Source of the DNA: an uncultured Phycisphaerales bacterium
Lineage (GTDB): Bacteria > Planctomycetota > Phycisphaerae > Tepidisphaerales > Tepidisphaeraceae
DNA: 64,000 bases
NCBI GenBank assembly: GCA_963844715.1
Contig: CAWJPJ010000007.1
Location: 1,056,001-1,120,000 of the forward strand
Direction of reading: 5' to 3'
The notes under the pieces were generated by a model. That model saw nothing but the letters and a program-made list of their open reading frames with translations. It did not search any database and was not told where the DNA came from. Below are positions 21,560 to 33,602 of this stretch, piece after piece; position 1 is the stretch's first letter; every line of letters starts with the position of its first letter. The position numbers and the translations under genes were made by a program.

Positions 21560-22948
21560 TTAGCTATGAGAAGCCACTTGAAGCTCCGTTTCGTACTGGC
21601 GCAGCTTGCGTTGAAGTGTTCGCACTGAGATTCCCAGCAGATCCGCCGCATGGGTGCGATTGCCGTGGCATCGGTCTAGTGCGTTGGTGATTGCCAGCCT
21701 TTCCAACTGATCCATGGTCAGACCCGTGGGGATTTGGCTCGCTACGGTGGCCGAATCGCGACTCCCCCCGGACGCGGTCAGCACTCTCTCCGGGAGATCG
21801 CGCTCGGTCATTACTTCGCCGTCGGCAAGCACAATCATGCTTTCCAGCGTGTTGCGAAGTTCGCGAACATTCCCGGGCCATGGATAGGTCTGGAAGCGTT
21901 CGATCACCTCGCGCGAAATTCGCCGCGCGGCGGTGTGCTTCTGTTCGGTGATCTCCTTCAGGAAATACTCCGTCAACAGCGGAATGTCGTCCGGCGCTGC
22001 CGCAAGGGCGACAGATGAATCGTCACGACGTTCAGCCGATAGAAGAGATCCTCGCGAAACGTGTGCTGTTGAACCATTCCCGGAATATCGCGGCTGGTCG
22101 CGGCGACCACTGCGCACGTCGACCTTGTGATCCTCCTGCCCGCCCACCGGTGTCACCGTGAACGTCTCCAGCACGCGCAGAAGTTTTGCCTGAAGTCCCA
22201 ACTCGAAGTCCCCGATTTCGTCCACGAAGAGCGTTCCGCCGCTCGCTTGTTCAAAGCGGCCGATGCGTTTGTCCGTTGCGCCGGTGAAAGCGCCGCGCAC
22301 ATGCCCGAAAAGTTCGCTTTCCACGAGGGTCGCCGGTACCGCGGCGCAATTCACCGCCACAAACGGCCCCTTTCGCCGCGGGCTGTTTTGGTGCAGCGCC
22401 TGGGCGACCAGTTCTTTTCCCGTCCCGCTTTCCCCCAAAATGAGAACCGTACTGTCGACCGGCGCCGCGCGCCGGATCTTGTCGAACACTTCCATCATCT
22501 GCCGCGATTGTCCGATGATTTGCGTCAGGCCGAATTTCTGATCCAGCCGCCGGCGAAGGTTGTCGATTTCGCGATCCTTGTTCAGCGTCTCGATGGCCCG
22601 GCTGATCAGCAGGATCAGTTCATCAAAATTGACCGGCTTGGTGAGATAGTCGAACGCCCCAGCCTTGATCGCCTCGACTGCCGTGTTAACGCTCGAATGC
22701 CCCGTCAAAAATATAAACTGGGTATCCGGCTTCTTCTCCTTCCATAAATTCAGCAATTCGATTCCGCTGACGTCGCCCAGATGGAGGTCGGTCAGCACGA
22801 CATGAATATCCTCGCCGATATAACTCAGGGCTTTATCAGCGCTTTCAACCGCCATCACCGTTAAACCCTCTGATTTGAGGATCGAGGTGACGGCTTTCCG
22901 CTCTGATTCATGGTCTTCGACGACCAGTACGCGGCCCGATATGGGCAT
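21560..22948 (-). CDS. NtrC-family sigma54-dependent response regulator
   Basis: REC domain, [22 protein letters not shown], Fis HTH; internal compensating indels. Confidence 0.93.
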   Translation of the reverse strand: MPISGRVLVVEDHESERKAVTSILKSEGLTVMAVESADKALSYIGEDIHVVLTDLHLGDVSGIELLNLWKEKKPDTQFIFLTGHSSVNTAVEAIKAGAFDYLTKPVNFDELILLISRAIETLNKDREIDNLRRRLDQKFGLTQIIGQSRQMMEVFDKIRRAAPVDSTVLILGESGTGKELVAQALHQNSPRRKGPFVAVNCAAVPATLVESELFGHVRGAFTGATDKRIGRFEQASGGTLFVDEIGDFELGLQAKLLRVLETFTVTPVGGQEDHKVDVRSGRRDQPRYSGNGSTAHVSRGSLLSAERRDDSSVALAAAPDDIPLLTEYFLKEITEQKHTAARRISREVIERFQTYPWPGNVRELRNTLESMIVLADGEVMTERDLPERVLTASGGSRDSATVASQIPTGLTMDQLERLAITNALDRCHGNRTHAADLLGISVRTLQRKLRQYETELQVASHS

Positions 22949-23132
22949 GGCTAAGCCTCCGAACTATCGTCGCCCTGCGATGGTTATCCGCGACGATAGG
23001 TCGTTCATATCATAGAGTGTGAAAATGGGGCAACGGCCAAAATGTCGCGGATATCAGGGTCATTTGTACCCCCCGAGTGCCGTTTTCGAGGGTGGAGCGG
23101 CGGTGGCCGGGGGCGGGTAGAATAGCCGCGGG

Positions 23133-24752
23133 ATGCGAAAACGCCTCGATGATGTGCGAATTTCGCTGGCGGCAAAGTGCCAGATTCTCTTTGGCGCGGC
23201 CGTCATCCTGATCATCGCCACCGCGCTCTATGTCCCGTGGAAGCGGATGGAGCAGATCATTCAGGACGTGAACCAGCAGACCGCCAAAGGGGTAGCCGAC
23301 CAGATGATCATGGAGCACGCCGCTCGGCCGCAGGCGCCGATCGGGCTGGGAGCGCCCACCGACGCCGATTTCGCATGGCCGCGGCTGCTTTCGATCAATC
23401 CCCCAAAGGGAACCCGGCTCGATCGGTTCGAGCGGCAATCGCTGCGCGAGATCGTAGATAAGCCGGATTTGACGCACATCGGTTTAACCTATCGCCTGAA
23501 AAATGTGGATCGGTATCGATATGCCCGGCCGGAATATAACGAGCCGTCCTGCATGTCTTGCCACAACGGAAATACCGCGCCGGTTGGCATGATGATTTCG
23601 GCGGTCCCCGTCTCCTCGGATGCGAGCCGGCCTTCGCCGCGCGCCCTGCTCGGGCTCATGGAAGTCGATATTCCTTCGCAGGTCACGGAAAACCAGCTCT
23701 TCCTTAATCGCGTCTTTATCCTCCTTGCCGGGACGCTCGCCGGAACGCTGGCGATTGGCGCGCTTTATTTCATCGTTAGCCGCCTGATCCTCCAGCCGGT
23801 GCGAGTCTTGCAGGAAACAGCCGAAAAAGTCAGCCAGGGTGATTTAAATATCCGCTCCGACATCAGTTCGCGCGACGAATTTCAGCAGTTGTCCGAAACC
23901 TTCAACACGATGCTCGCCAATCTTCAGACCCGCGACGAGCAGCTCCAGGCCAGCAACAAGGCGCTCGATTTGAAATTGGGCCAATTGGCCCAGACGAACG
24001 TGGCCCTTTATGAGTCCAACCGATTGAAGAGCGAATTCCTGGCCAACGTCAGCCACGAACTGCGCACGCCGCTGAATTCGATCCTCGGGTTTGCCGAATT
24101 GCTGCGCGAAACGGCGGCAGAGAACGCGGACCCCAAACCCGGCCGCTATCTCCAGAACATCCTCCTCGCCGGGCGGAATTTGCTCGATTTGATCAACGAC
24201 CTGCTCGATTTGGCCAAGATCGAAGCCGGGCGGATGGACGTCCGCAGCGAGCCGTTGAGCGTGGGGGACGTCTTTGAAGGCCTCATCAATCTTCTCAAGC
24301 CGCTGGCGGAGGCCAAAACCCTGAATATCGTCACGTCGGTTGCCGCCGAGGTGCCGATTATTCAAACCGATCCCGCGAAACTTCAGCAAGTGTTGTATAA
24401 CTTCCTGTCCAACGCGATTAAGTTTTCCCCTCAGGGCGGGCGCGTTGATTTGTCGGCTGCGATGGACGGACCCGAAAACGTGCGCATCAGCGTCACCGAT
24501 CGCGGTCCGGGCATCGAGCCTGAAAAACACGAAATGATTTTCGAGAAATTCCGCCAGATCGACGGCTCGGTCACGCGCCAGCACAGCGGCACCGGACTGG
24601 GCCTGGCGATCTCGAAGGAATTGACGGCGTTGTTGGGCGGAACGATCGGAGTGCAAAGCGTCGCCGGCGAAGGCGCTTGCTTCTGGATCGTTCTGCCGCT
24701 TCAGATTCAACCGGGTACAAGGGACGTTCGGGAGAAAGCGCAGGTGGCGTGA
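23133..24752 (+). CDS. Membrane sensor histidine kinase with extracytoplasmic CxxCH, HAMP, HisKA and HATPase domains
   Basis: Two TM helices, CMSCH, VSHELRTPL, NAIKF, DRGPGI, GTGLGL. Confidence 0.92.
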   Translation: MRKRLDDVRISLAAKCQILFGAAVILIIATALYVPWKRMEQIIQDVNQQTAKGVADQMIMEHAARPQAPIGLGAPTDADFAWPRLLSINPPKGTRLDRFERQSLREIVDKPDLTHIGLTYRLKNVDRYRYARPEYNEPSCMSCHNGNTAPVGMMISAVPVSSDASRPSPRALLGLMEVDIPSQVTENQLFLNRVFILLAGTLAGTLAIGALYFIVSRLILQPVRVLQETAEKVSQGDLNIRSDISSRDEFQQLSETFNTMLANLQTRDEQLQASNKALDLKLGQLAQTNVALYESNRLKSEFLANVSHELRTPLNSILGFAELLRETAAENADPKPGRYLQNILLAGRNLLDLINDLLDLAKIEAGRMDVRSEPLSVGDVFEGLINLLKPLAEAKTLNIVTSVAAEVPIIQTDPAKLQQVLYNFLSNAIKFSPQGGRVDLSAAMDGPENVRISVTDRGPGIEPEKHEMIFEKFRQIDGSVTRQHSGTGLGLAISKELTALLGGTIGVQSVAGEGACFWIVLPLQIQPGTRDVREKAQVA

Positions 24753-24786
24753 ATTGGTCCAAGCCCCATACCCTGGGACGCCGGCG

Positions 24787-25419
24787 CTAGCGTGATTCCA
24801 GAGTGGCTCCGGAAGCGGCAAAGCGCGGGAGGAACCGCCCGGTATGACGCCGGTATTCTTCATACGCCGGCCCATGCAAACGCAGCAGATGCGCCTCTTC
24901 GCGCCGCGCTTCAAACACCAGAAGCAGCAAATGGAGAGCGGCCACCAGCAGCATAAGCGGCGATGCGCACGCCACGGCCGTGCAAAGAATCAGTTGCGAC
25001 GACAGAGCATAAATCGGATGCCGCACCAGCGAATATAATCCCGTCGTGACAAGCGGCGTGTTGTCGCTCGGATCGATTCCCATCCGCCACGCCCGTCCCA
25101 TGATCTTCCAGCAAACCCAGCTTCCACCCAGCGCCACCAGCGCCAGCGCCACCGCCATCCAATTGAGCGCCGCGATCGAAAACAGCGGCTGAAGCCACCA
25201 TTGGCGCATATGCCCCAGGGCCGTGACGAATGGAAGTACGATCCAGAGAGCAGTCACGGGAATCCAAACCATGCGCGTCAGTTTCCCAACTATTTCGCCC
25301 GGAATGAAATTAGCCGAGTGCCCGCAAACCCGCCGCGATTTTTGCGCCATGCGCAGGACCCTGCCCCAATAGATCATTACGATGACTCCGATGAGCAATG
25401 TGGGGAGCCGCTCCATCAT
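24787..25419 (-). CDS. Isoprenylcysteine carboxylmethyltransferase family membrane protein
   Basis: LVTTGLYSLVRHPIY, EEAHL..HG..Y..Y...TGRFLP. Confidence 0.85.
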   Translation of the reverse strand: MMERLPTLLIGVIVMIYWGRVLRMAQKSRRVCGHSANFIPGEIVGKLTRMVWIPVTALWIVLPFVTALGHMRQWWLQPLFSIAALNWMAVALALVALGGSWVCWKIMGRAWRMGIDPSDNTPLVTTGLYSLVRHPIYALSSQLILCTAVACASPLMLLVAALHLLLLVFEARREEAHLLRLHGPAYEEYRRHTGRFLPRFAASGATLESR

Positions 25420-26299
25420 GATCGCCCCCCTTTGCGGCCGCGCGGCCTCCCAGCGCCCTCTTGTCCCCTCTCCCTGTCCTCCGATAGTTTCCGCAGGATC
25501 GGGTGAGGGGCGGTTCCGGAGGCAGCGATCAACACGTGACCGGCTACGACATGGTGGACTGTTCCCCGGCGGCGCAGAAGGAGCCGTCCCCTGTCGTCGA
25601 TTCCCTGACATTTCCCCGCCAGCGGCGGTTCGTCCGCGCCCGTGACCAGGATCGACTTCCCATTCAATCCGTCATGCTGCGCGATAATCCCGCACGAAGA
25701 CCGCAAACGGCTGTTCAAGCCGCTTGCGCATATGGCGCCGCAATTGGTCGGCCAAACATCGCCAGAACGTCCGTCAGATCGAATTTCCTGCCGCTGATGG
25801 AACTCAAGGAAACGATCCGATCGCGCAGATTCGCCGGCGCGCTGTCGGGATTGAGGTTGACGTTGAGCCCCACGCCGATCAAATCAACCCGATCGATCCG
25901 CTCGCACAGCAGCCCGGCCAGTTTTTTGCCCTGGAAGACGATGTCATTCGGCCATTTGAGTTGAATGCGAGATTCTCCGGTCAATTGCTCGGCCACATCG
26001 CGCATCGCCAGCCCCGCCAGGATCGGAACCTCCTGCGCCGGAATTCTTTCGCGCACAGCCAATGCGAAAGTCACCGTCAGTGACGCCCCCGACCCCGCCT
26101 TGGAAAACCAGGTATTCGCCCCGCGCCCGCGCCCGGCGATTTGCCTCGGCGTCAGCACGATCGCCGGCGCGAAGAGTTTTCCGCGCCGCCGCAGCCGAGC
26201 CGCGTGGTCGTTGGTGCTCCGCACCGTTGGAAAGAAATAAAGTCGAAATGGTTTGACGGCGGCACGCAGACGCCCAAGCTGAAACTGGCCGCGCGGCAT
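25416..26299 (-). CDS. birA: Biotin--protein ligase (frameshifted)
   Basis: STND, QIAGRGR, LKWPND, KKLAGLL, GIDDRGRL; adjacent to pyc. Confidence 0.88.
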
Positions 26300-26305
26300 G
26301 GAGAT

Positions 26306-29300
26306 TTACCCTTCCAACAGAACGATCAGGTCCCCGGCGCTGACAACCGAACCGGGGTTGACCAGGACCTCGCCTACCGAAGCGTCGCGCGGCGAATATA
26401 CCGCCGTCTCCATTTTCATCGCCTCGATGGAAAGCAGCCGATCTCCCGCCTTGATGACCGCGCCTTTTTTGACCGAAACGGTCGATACCTTCCCCGGCAT
26501 CGGGGCCGCGACGTGATTCGGATTGTCCGGATCGGCCTTGGGCTGCTTTTGCGCCGTCGATTCACGCGACCGATCAGAAACCACGATTTCCCGCGGCTGC
26601 CCGTTGAGTTCAAAAAATACCGTGCGCGTCCCGTCTTCCCGCGCGTCGCCCGTAGTCAGATATTTCACGATCAGCGTCTTCCCCGGTTCGATCTCGATGG
26701 AAACTTCCTCCCCGGCCGAAAGCCCGTAAAAAAACGCCGGCGTCGGAAGAACCGACGTATCCCCGTGCGAGCGCAGATGTTTCTGGAATTCCTGAAACAC
26801 CTGCGGATACATCAGGTAACTCATCACGTCGACATCGCGAAGCTCGGAATCAGTCTTTCCCGCCAATTCCTTCCGCACATTAGCGAAATTGGCCGGCGCA
26901 AGCTGGGCCCCGACCCGCCCTTTGATCGCCTTCGCCCCCGCGCTATCCAGGATGATTTTTTGCAGCACCTTCGGCCACCCTCCCTGCGGAAAGCCGATCG
27001 CCCCCTGCATCATCTCCACCACGCTCTTGGGGAAGTTCAATTTCTTGTCCGGCATCAGCACGTCCATCGCCGTCAGCCCGTTGGTCACCATGAACAGGGC
27101 CATATCGCCGACAACTTTGCTCGACGGCGTGACCTTGACGATGTCCCCGAAGAGCTGATTGACCTGGGCGTACATGTCGGCGATGTCGTTCCAGCGGTCC
27201 TCCAGTCCGAGGCTTTTGGCCTGCTGGCGCAGATTCGTATATTGCCCGCCCGGCATCTCGTGGTGGTAGACGGCCGCCGTCCCCGATTTCATCCCCTCCT
27301 CGAATGGATAATACTGCTGCCGCACCGCTTCCCAATAATCCGACAGCCGGTTCAAAGCATCCAAATCCAACCCCGTGTCGCGCGGCGTGTGCTGGAGCGC
27401 CGCCACGATGGAATTGAGATTCGGCTGGCTCGTCATCCCGCTCATCGGCGCCGAGCGCGGCGTCGGCAATGTCCACCCCCGCGTCGCGCGCGCCCGGAGC
27501 ACGCTCCCCGCGTTGACCCCGCTGGTGTCATGCGTGTGGAAATGAATCGGAACGTCCACTTCCTCGCGCAAGGCTTTTACCAGTGCATGTGCCGCATACG
27601 GTCGGCAAAGCCCGGCCATGTCCTTGATCGCCAGGATATGCGTCCCCATCTTCACCAGGTCCTTGGCCAGCTTCACGTAATACTTCAGGCTGTATTTGCT
27701 TCGCCGGGGATTCAGGATGTCGCCCGTGTAGCAGATGGCCGCCTCGCAGATCGAATTGGTCTTCTCGCGAACTGCCGTCATGGCGACCTTCATGTTTTCC
27801 AGCCAGTTCAGCGAATCGAAAACGCGGAACACGTCAATCCCATGCTCCGCCGAGCGAACCACGAATTCTTTCACCACATTATCCGGGTAATTCGTATATC
27901 CCACGGCGTTGCTCGCGCGCAAGAGCATCTGGAAAAGAATATTCGGCACCCTGGCCCGAAGCTGATCGAGCCGATCCCACGGGTCTTCCTGAAGAAACCG
28001 CATCGCCGTGTCGAACGTCGCCCCTCCCCACATCTCCAGGCTGAAATACCTCGGAGCCAGATGCGCAACCGCATCCGCAATCGCTAGCAGGTCGTACGTT
28101 CTCACCCGCGTCGCCAGAAGCGACTGGTGCGCATCCCGGAATGTCGTGTCGGTGAGCAGGAGCGGCTTCTGCTTCCGAACCCACTGGCCGAATTTTTCCG
28201 GACCCAGCTCGATCAATTTTTGCCGCGTACCGGCAGGGGGCTCATCCGCGTCGCAAATTGCGGAATCGGCGCATGCGGGAAATGCCGCGTGGGATCGACC
28301 TTCCCCTTAACGTCGGGCCGTCCATTGACGATCACATCGCCTAGATAAGCCAATAGCCGCGTCGCCCGATCGCGCTTCATGCCGGAATCGGAACAATTCC
28401 GGCGTGTCGTCGATGAATCGCGTCGTGGCCGCCCCCGACATGAACTGCGGATGATGGATCAGATTTTCGAGGAACGGGATATTGGTCTTCACCCCGCGCA
28501 CGCGAAATTCCCGCAGCGAGCCGGTCCATCCGATGGACCGCCTCCTCGAACGTGTTGCCAAACGCGGTAACTTTCACGAGCAGGGAGTCGTAATAGGGCG
28601 TAATCACCGCGCCGCTGAATGCCGTGCCGCCATCGAGCCGAATTCCGAAACCCGCGGCGGATCGATAGCTCGTCAGCCGCCCGTAGTCCGGAATGAAATG
28701 ATTCTGCGGGTCTTCCGTCGTGATCCGCGCCTGGATCGCAAACCCGCGCGTACGAATCTTTTCCTGCTTCGGAATCAAAATCGGCGCCTCGTGCAGCTTG
28801 TAATCCTGGGCGATAAGGATCTGGCTTTTGACGATATCCAGCCCGGTCACGACTTCCGTTACTGTGTGCTCGACCTGAACGCGGGGATTCACCTCAATGA
28901 AATAAAATTCCTGCGTATCCAGATCCAGCAGAAACTCGACGGTTCCCGCGTTTCGATAATTCGCCGCCGACGTGAGCCTCACTGCCGATTCGCAAATGCG
29001 CTCCGCAACGCTTGCGGCAGATTCACCGAAGGGGCGATCTCGACGACCTTCTGATGCCGCCGCTGCACCGAACAGTCGCGCTCCCAAAGGTGCACCAGAT
29101 TCCCGTGCTGATCGGCCAGAATCTGCACCTCGATGTGCTTCGCCCGGGAGATGTATCGCTCCAAAAAAACGTCGGGCCGTCCGAACGGCGTCCCCGCCTC
29201 GCGCTGCGCCTCTTCCACTTTGGAAATCAAATCCTGCGGCTTAAGCACCACGCGCATGCCCGCCCGCCCCCGCCAAAACTCGCTTTCACCATGAGCGGAA

Positions 29301-29766
29301 AGCCGATCTGCTTCGCCCGCTGCCTTGATTTCGGCCGGGTCGGTCAGCGGCCTCGTCCGTCGCCGGGAATCGTCGGAACGTTGTTTTCCATCGCCAATTT
29401 CTTGGCGGCGACTTTGTCCCCGAACGTCTTCAGAATGTCCGGCGTCGGCCCGACGAAGGTGATCCCAGCGTCTTTGCACGCCTGGGCAAAGTTGGCGTTC
29501 TCCGATAGGAATCCATACCCCGGATGGATCGCGTCCACTTGATAACGCTTGGCGATTTCGATGATGGCCGGGATATTCAAATAACTTGTGACCGGCTCGC
29601 CCCCCTCCGCCGGGCCGATCAGGTAAGATTCATCCGCTTTGAATCGGTGCAGGGAGAATCGGTCTTCGTAAGTGAATATTGCAACCGTGTCGCAGATCCA
29701 GTTCCGTCGCGGCCGGAAGACACGGATGGCGATTTCACTTCGATTGGCAACCAGGAGTTTTCGCAT
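26306..29766 (-). CDS. pyc: Pyruvate carboxylase (several indels)
   Basis: [44 protein letters not shown] biotin site. Confidence 0.93.
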
Positions 29767-29838
29767 AGACTTCTTCGAGATGCTAAGCGAGACAAGCATT
29801 CAAGGGAACAGCGGTCGGTTGGGCCGGAATCATACGCG

Positions 29839-30561
29839 ATGATGTGGTCGTTATTGAAGAGACTCGCCGGCGGAAATCGGTCGGGCATGGACCTGACCGA
29901 CCTGGGCGGGCTTTACCATGATTACGCCATATTCGGCGTGCGCAGCCGACAATTGCCGGGGATTTTCGCGGCAAATCAAGCCGCCAAAGCGCCTATCCTG
30001 CGGGCCTATATCCAACTGGCCATTGCGAAATCGAAGCCCCACGGCCCGGTATCGTTCACCGAACTCTTCTGCGCCGACGGATACTACACCATGGTCGCCC
30101 GACATTTCGGCGCGGATCGCGCCGTCGGCATCGACAACGACCGCGACGGCCATCTCCGCAACGCGGCAAATATCGCAAATCGACTCGGGCTAACCGAAGT
30201 GCGATTCATCCAGGCCGACGTGACGAACATGACCAATTTCGAGCCGACGGACATCGTCGCAAATCTCGGCGGTTTATATCACGTCTCCGACCCGCGAAAA
30301 GTCCTGACCGATTCGTGGAACCTGGCCCGGCGATTTCTGATCGCGCAGACCGTCTATAGCCTGGAAAAAACCGACGCCGATTATTTGCAGGTCCCCGCCC
30401 CCAAGTGGGATTGGGGCTGCCGCTTCAGCCTCGCCTGGCTGCAATCGCGCATCGCCGACCTTGGCGGGAAAGTGATCGACCAGCACACCAACGAGTTGAC
30501 CGCCAATCCCAATCCACAGGATCGGGGCAGCGCCTACTTCCTGGTCGAAAAACCCGTGTGA
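29839..30561 (+). CDS. Class I SAM-dependent methyltransferase
   Basis: ELFCADGYY motif-I-like, GID, LGGLYH. Confidence 0.7.
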   Translation: MMWSLLKRLAGGNRSGMDLTDLGGLYHDYAIFGVRSRQLPGIFAANQAAKAPILRAYIQLAIAKSKPHGPVSFTELFCADGYYTMVARHFGADRAVGIDNDRDGHLRNAANIANRLGLTEVRFIQADVTNMTNFEPTDIVANLGGLYHVSDPRKVLTDSWNLARRFLIAQTVYSLEKTDADYLQVPAPKWDWGCRFSLAWLQSRIADLGGKVIDQHTNELTANPNPQDRGSAYFLVEKPV

Positions 30562-31705
30562 CGAGCCGCGCGCAGGCTGCAAATCCACACTACGATGAGC
30601 ATGAAAATGATGACGCCTGTTCGCCACTGGTCCAGCACCGGGCTGTGCGCGCGGCTCACCAATCGCTCCGGAACGAACAGCAGTAGCGTCAATCCCGCCG
30701 CGATCATGCCAACGCCGTTGCCGCGGCGACCGTAAACCCAAAGGGCCGCCCAAAGTGGAATCAGTCCCACGTAGTCGTAGTCGTGGCTATAGCCGACGAA
30801 TACGAACGTGAGGCCCATAAGAATGGCCAGCACGTCCCCCCGGTTCCAGTGACGACGACCCAGCCAGGCGAGAATCGTGCATGCCACACCGCTCGCCGCC
30901 ATCGCGGCGCTGGACACCTTGATTCCGGCCGCTCCAAGCAGTGAGTCAATCCCAACCTTATGCGGCGAACCCGGCGCGTTGTAGATCAACGAAGAATAGC
31001 TCAGTTGAATCGCGGCATGCCACGCCTTGATCATTCCAACCGGACCCTGATCGAAAATCGGATAAGCACTCAGAACAATCGCCGTCGCCATTGCCGCCAG
31101 GAGCAGCTTCCATCTTTTTTCCAAAAGAAACCAAACCCCCAGCAGCAGGCAAAGTTGCGGTTTGAAGCTTGCCACACCCAGGCAAAAACCCGCAAACGCC
31201 CAGGACGGCGCGAATTCATACGCCGCGATGGTCGCGGCAATCGCAACCAGCGACGTCTGCCCCATCCAGACGACGTGCGCCGTAAACGGATTCCCGATAA
31301 TCACGACGGCGAGTACCCAAGGTCCGCACCGATCGCCGGCGTCGCGCCGTGCAATTGCCGGCCTGTCATCCAAATAATCGCGACGACGCAAAAGAGATTA
31401 ACCCCCAGCCAAAAAATCCTGGCGATCCTGTATTTAAACAGCCCCAGCAGGACGCAAATTCCCGCCGCCTGCGGAGGATAAAAGAACAGTATCCGGACGA
31501 CACTGACCGACCCGCGGGCATGCTCCGCCAACTGATCGTGGTCATACGGATTGGCGTGTGCCAGCCAGCATCGTCCCGCCGCCCAGAGGACCGCCCCATC
31601 GAAATTCTGTTGCCCACCTCGGCCGATTCCCACGATGCCAAACGCGCCCAACGAGCCGATTGCCGCCAGCAGACAGACGGCTGCGATAACGTGCCTTCTT
31701 CCCAT
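30534..31705 (-). CDS. GT87/DUF2029 membrane glycosyltransferase (frameshifted)
   Basis: DG....AG, NPY, FFYPP, GQTS, FKPQ, HDYD; many TM helices. Confidence 0.78.
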
Positions 31706-31708
31706 GAT

Positions 31709-32997
31709 TCACCGCAGCCACGATTGAAAAAGCGTGGCCAGCCCCAATAGGCTCGCTAGTCCGGTCACGTCGGTGACGGTCGTCGCAAAAATCGTCGCCG
31801 ATTGAGCCGGGTCAAACCCGAGTTTGCGCATGACAAACGGAATCCCGGCCCCGCTGATGCAAGCCAGGGTCTGCGTGATGACCAGCGCCGTCGCAACGAT
31901 GGCGCCCAGCGCCCACCCGTGCTTGTATTGCCACAACCACGCGATAATCGCGGTGGTCAGTCCAATTGCCGTCCCGGTAAGAAATCCCACGATCGCTTCT
32001 CGGCGCAGGACGTGATCGATAATTTTCCCTCCTTCGCCCGAGTGCTTTCCGCCCGAAATCCCGCGAATGGAGACGCTCATCGCCTGCGCCGCGGCGTTTC
32101 CACCCATCCCCGAAACAATCGGCATATAAATCGCCAGCACCGCGAATCGCGTGATGGTTGAGCCGAATGCGTTCACTACCGCGCCCGCCAGAAACGCGGT
32201 GGCGAGATTCACCTGGAGCCACCCGATCCGCTTGGTAAAGCTCAATTGCCATGGGCTGGAAAGCCTTTCCTCCGCGCCGGCGCCGGCCATGCGTTGAATG
32301 TCCTCCGTCGCCTCGTCCTGGATCACATCCACCACGTCGTCCAGCGTAATCAATCCGATCAGTCGCGAATCGCCGTCGACGACCGGAAGGGCCAGATACC
32401 GCGACTGCCGCATTCGATGCGCGACTTCCTCCTGGTCCATTGTCGCCGGCACGCTTTGCACGTTGGGGATCATCACTTGCCGCAGCGTGCTCTCCGGCGC
32501 GCGAAAATCAGATCGCGCATGGACAACACCCCCACCAGCCGCCGGTTTTCGTCCACCACATAGACGTAGAACATCTCCCCTGTCTCTTCATGAATCGAGC
32601 GCAACGTGGCGATTGCCTGCTCCACCGTGAGATTTTCCGCCAGGCAGGTGAACCGCGTCGTCATGATTCCGCCGGCCGTGTCCGGCGGGTATTGCTCCAG
32701 TTGCCGCGTCTCCGCCGCCTGCGGGGCCTCCATCAGCGCAACCAAAGCTTCATGAAGATCGGGCGCCATCAGGATCAGGCAGTCCACCCGATCGTCCGGC
32801 GGCATCGCCGAAAGAATCTGCGCCGCGGTCTGCCGCGGCATCCGGCCAAGAATTTGCGCGGCCTTCGCATCGGGAATGCGCGCCAGCGCCTCCGCCGCGG
32901 CGGCGGTGGGGAGGGGTTGCAAAAGGCTCGCCGCTTCCAATGCGGGGGCCGCCTCGATCCGGCCGATCACCTGGCCAAGGTCATATTCCGTTTTCAT
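31709..32997 (-). CDS. mgtE: Magnesium transporter MgtE (frameshifted)
   Basis: YPPDTAGGIMT, CBS pair, GMGGNA, DPA.....ATTVTDV. Confidence 0.9.
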
Positions 32998-33008
32998 AGG
33001 CGTTCGTT

Positions 33009-33569
33009 TCAGTTGAGTTGCAGATACCAGAAGAGAACTACTGAATCCTTCAGTAGATCGTGATTCGAATGGAAATGCGTGTCGAAGCCCGTCATCTCAA
33101 AGCTCAATTTGGCCAGCAATTCCGCGGCAGGAAAATTGTCGGAGAGCGTCTGCGCATAAACCGCCCGCAAATTCTTCTGCCGGGCCTCATGAATGATTTG
33201 AAAGAGCAAGCCGCTGGCCAAACCCTGCCGGCGGACCTCAAAGTCCACGCGCAAATCGATCAGCCGCAGCACCTGCCCCGCGGCATCAATCTGCGCCGCG
33301 GCCGCCGCCACAATCTCCCCCTCATGTTCCGCCACCAGCGCGATTCCATCCTCAATCCCCCCGACGAGTTGTTTGACGGCGAACGCCGATTCGTCCCCCA
33401 AAGCGTTCCGATGCACGCGCGATTCCCGCAATGGGCGCGATTCCATTTTCCAAGTCGCCGCAAATCCCTCCCCTTCGCGCAGGATATGCAAATGAAAGTG
33501 CGACTCGACCGTCGCGTCGATATCCATCACTCCCGGAAGATCGGCGGCGGTCATGGCGCGGATTTCCAT
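33009..33569 (-). CDS. GNAT acetyltransferase (SAT-like)
   Basis: RRQGLA acetyl-CoA loop; QT..NFPA; LFWY. Confidence 0.75.
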   Translation of the reverse strand: MEIRAMTAADLPGVMDIDATVESHFHLHILREGEGFAATWKMESRPLRESRVHRNALGDESAFAVKQLVGGIEDGIALVAEHEGEIVAAAAAQIDAAGQVLRLIDLRVDFEVRRQGLASGLLFQIIHEARQKNLRAVYAQTLSDNFPAAELLAKLSFEMTGFDTHFHSNHDLLKDSVVLFWYLQLN

Positions 33570-33602
33570 GTAAATCAGGATACCGCGCGCCTTCCCGGCG
33601 CA

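Noticed and set aside
26141..28087. 648-aa plus-strand ORF and similar long antisense ORFs (34495-35862, 33060-34163, 23844-24914)
   Set aside because: Shadow frames of high-GC genes (pyc, recG, kinase) with no recognisable motifs
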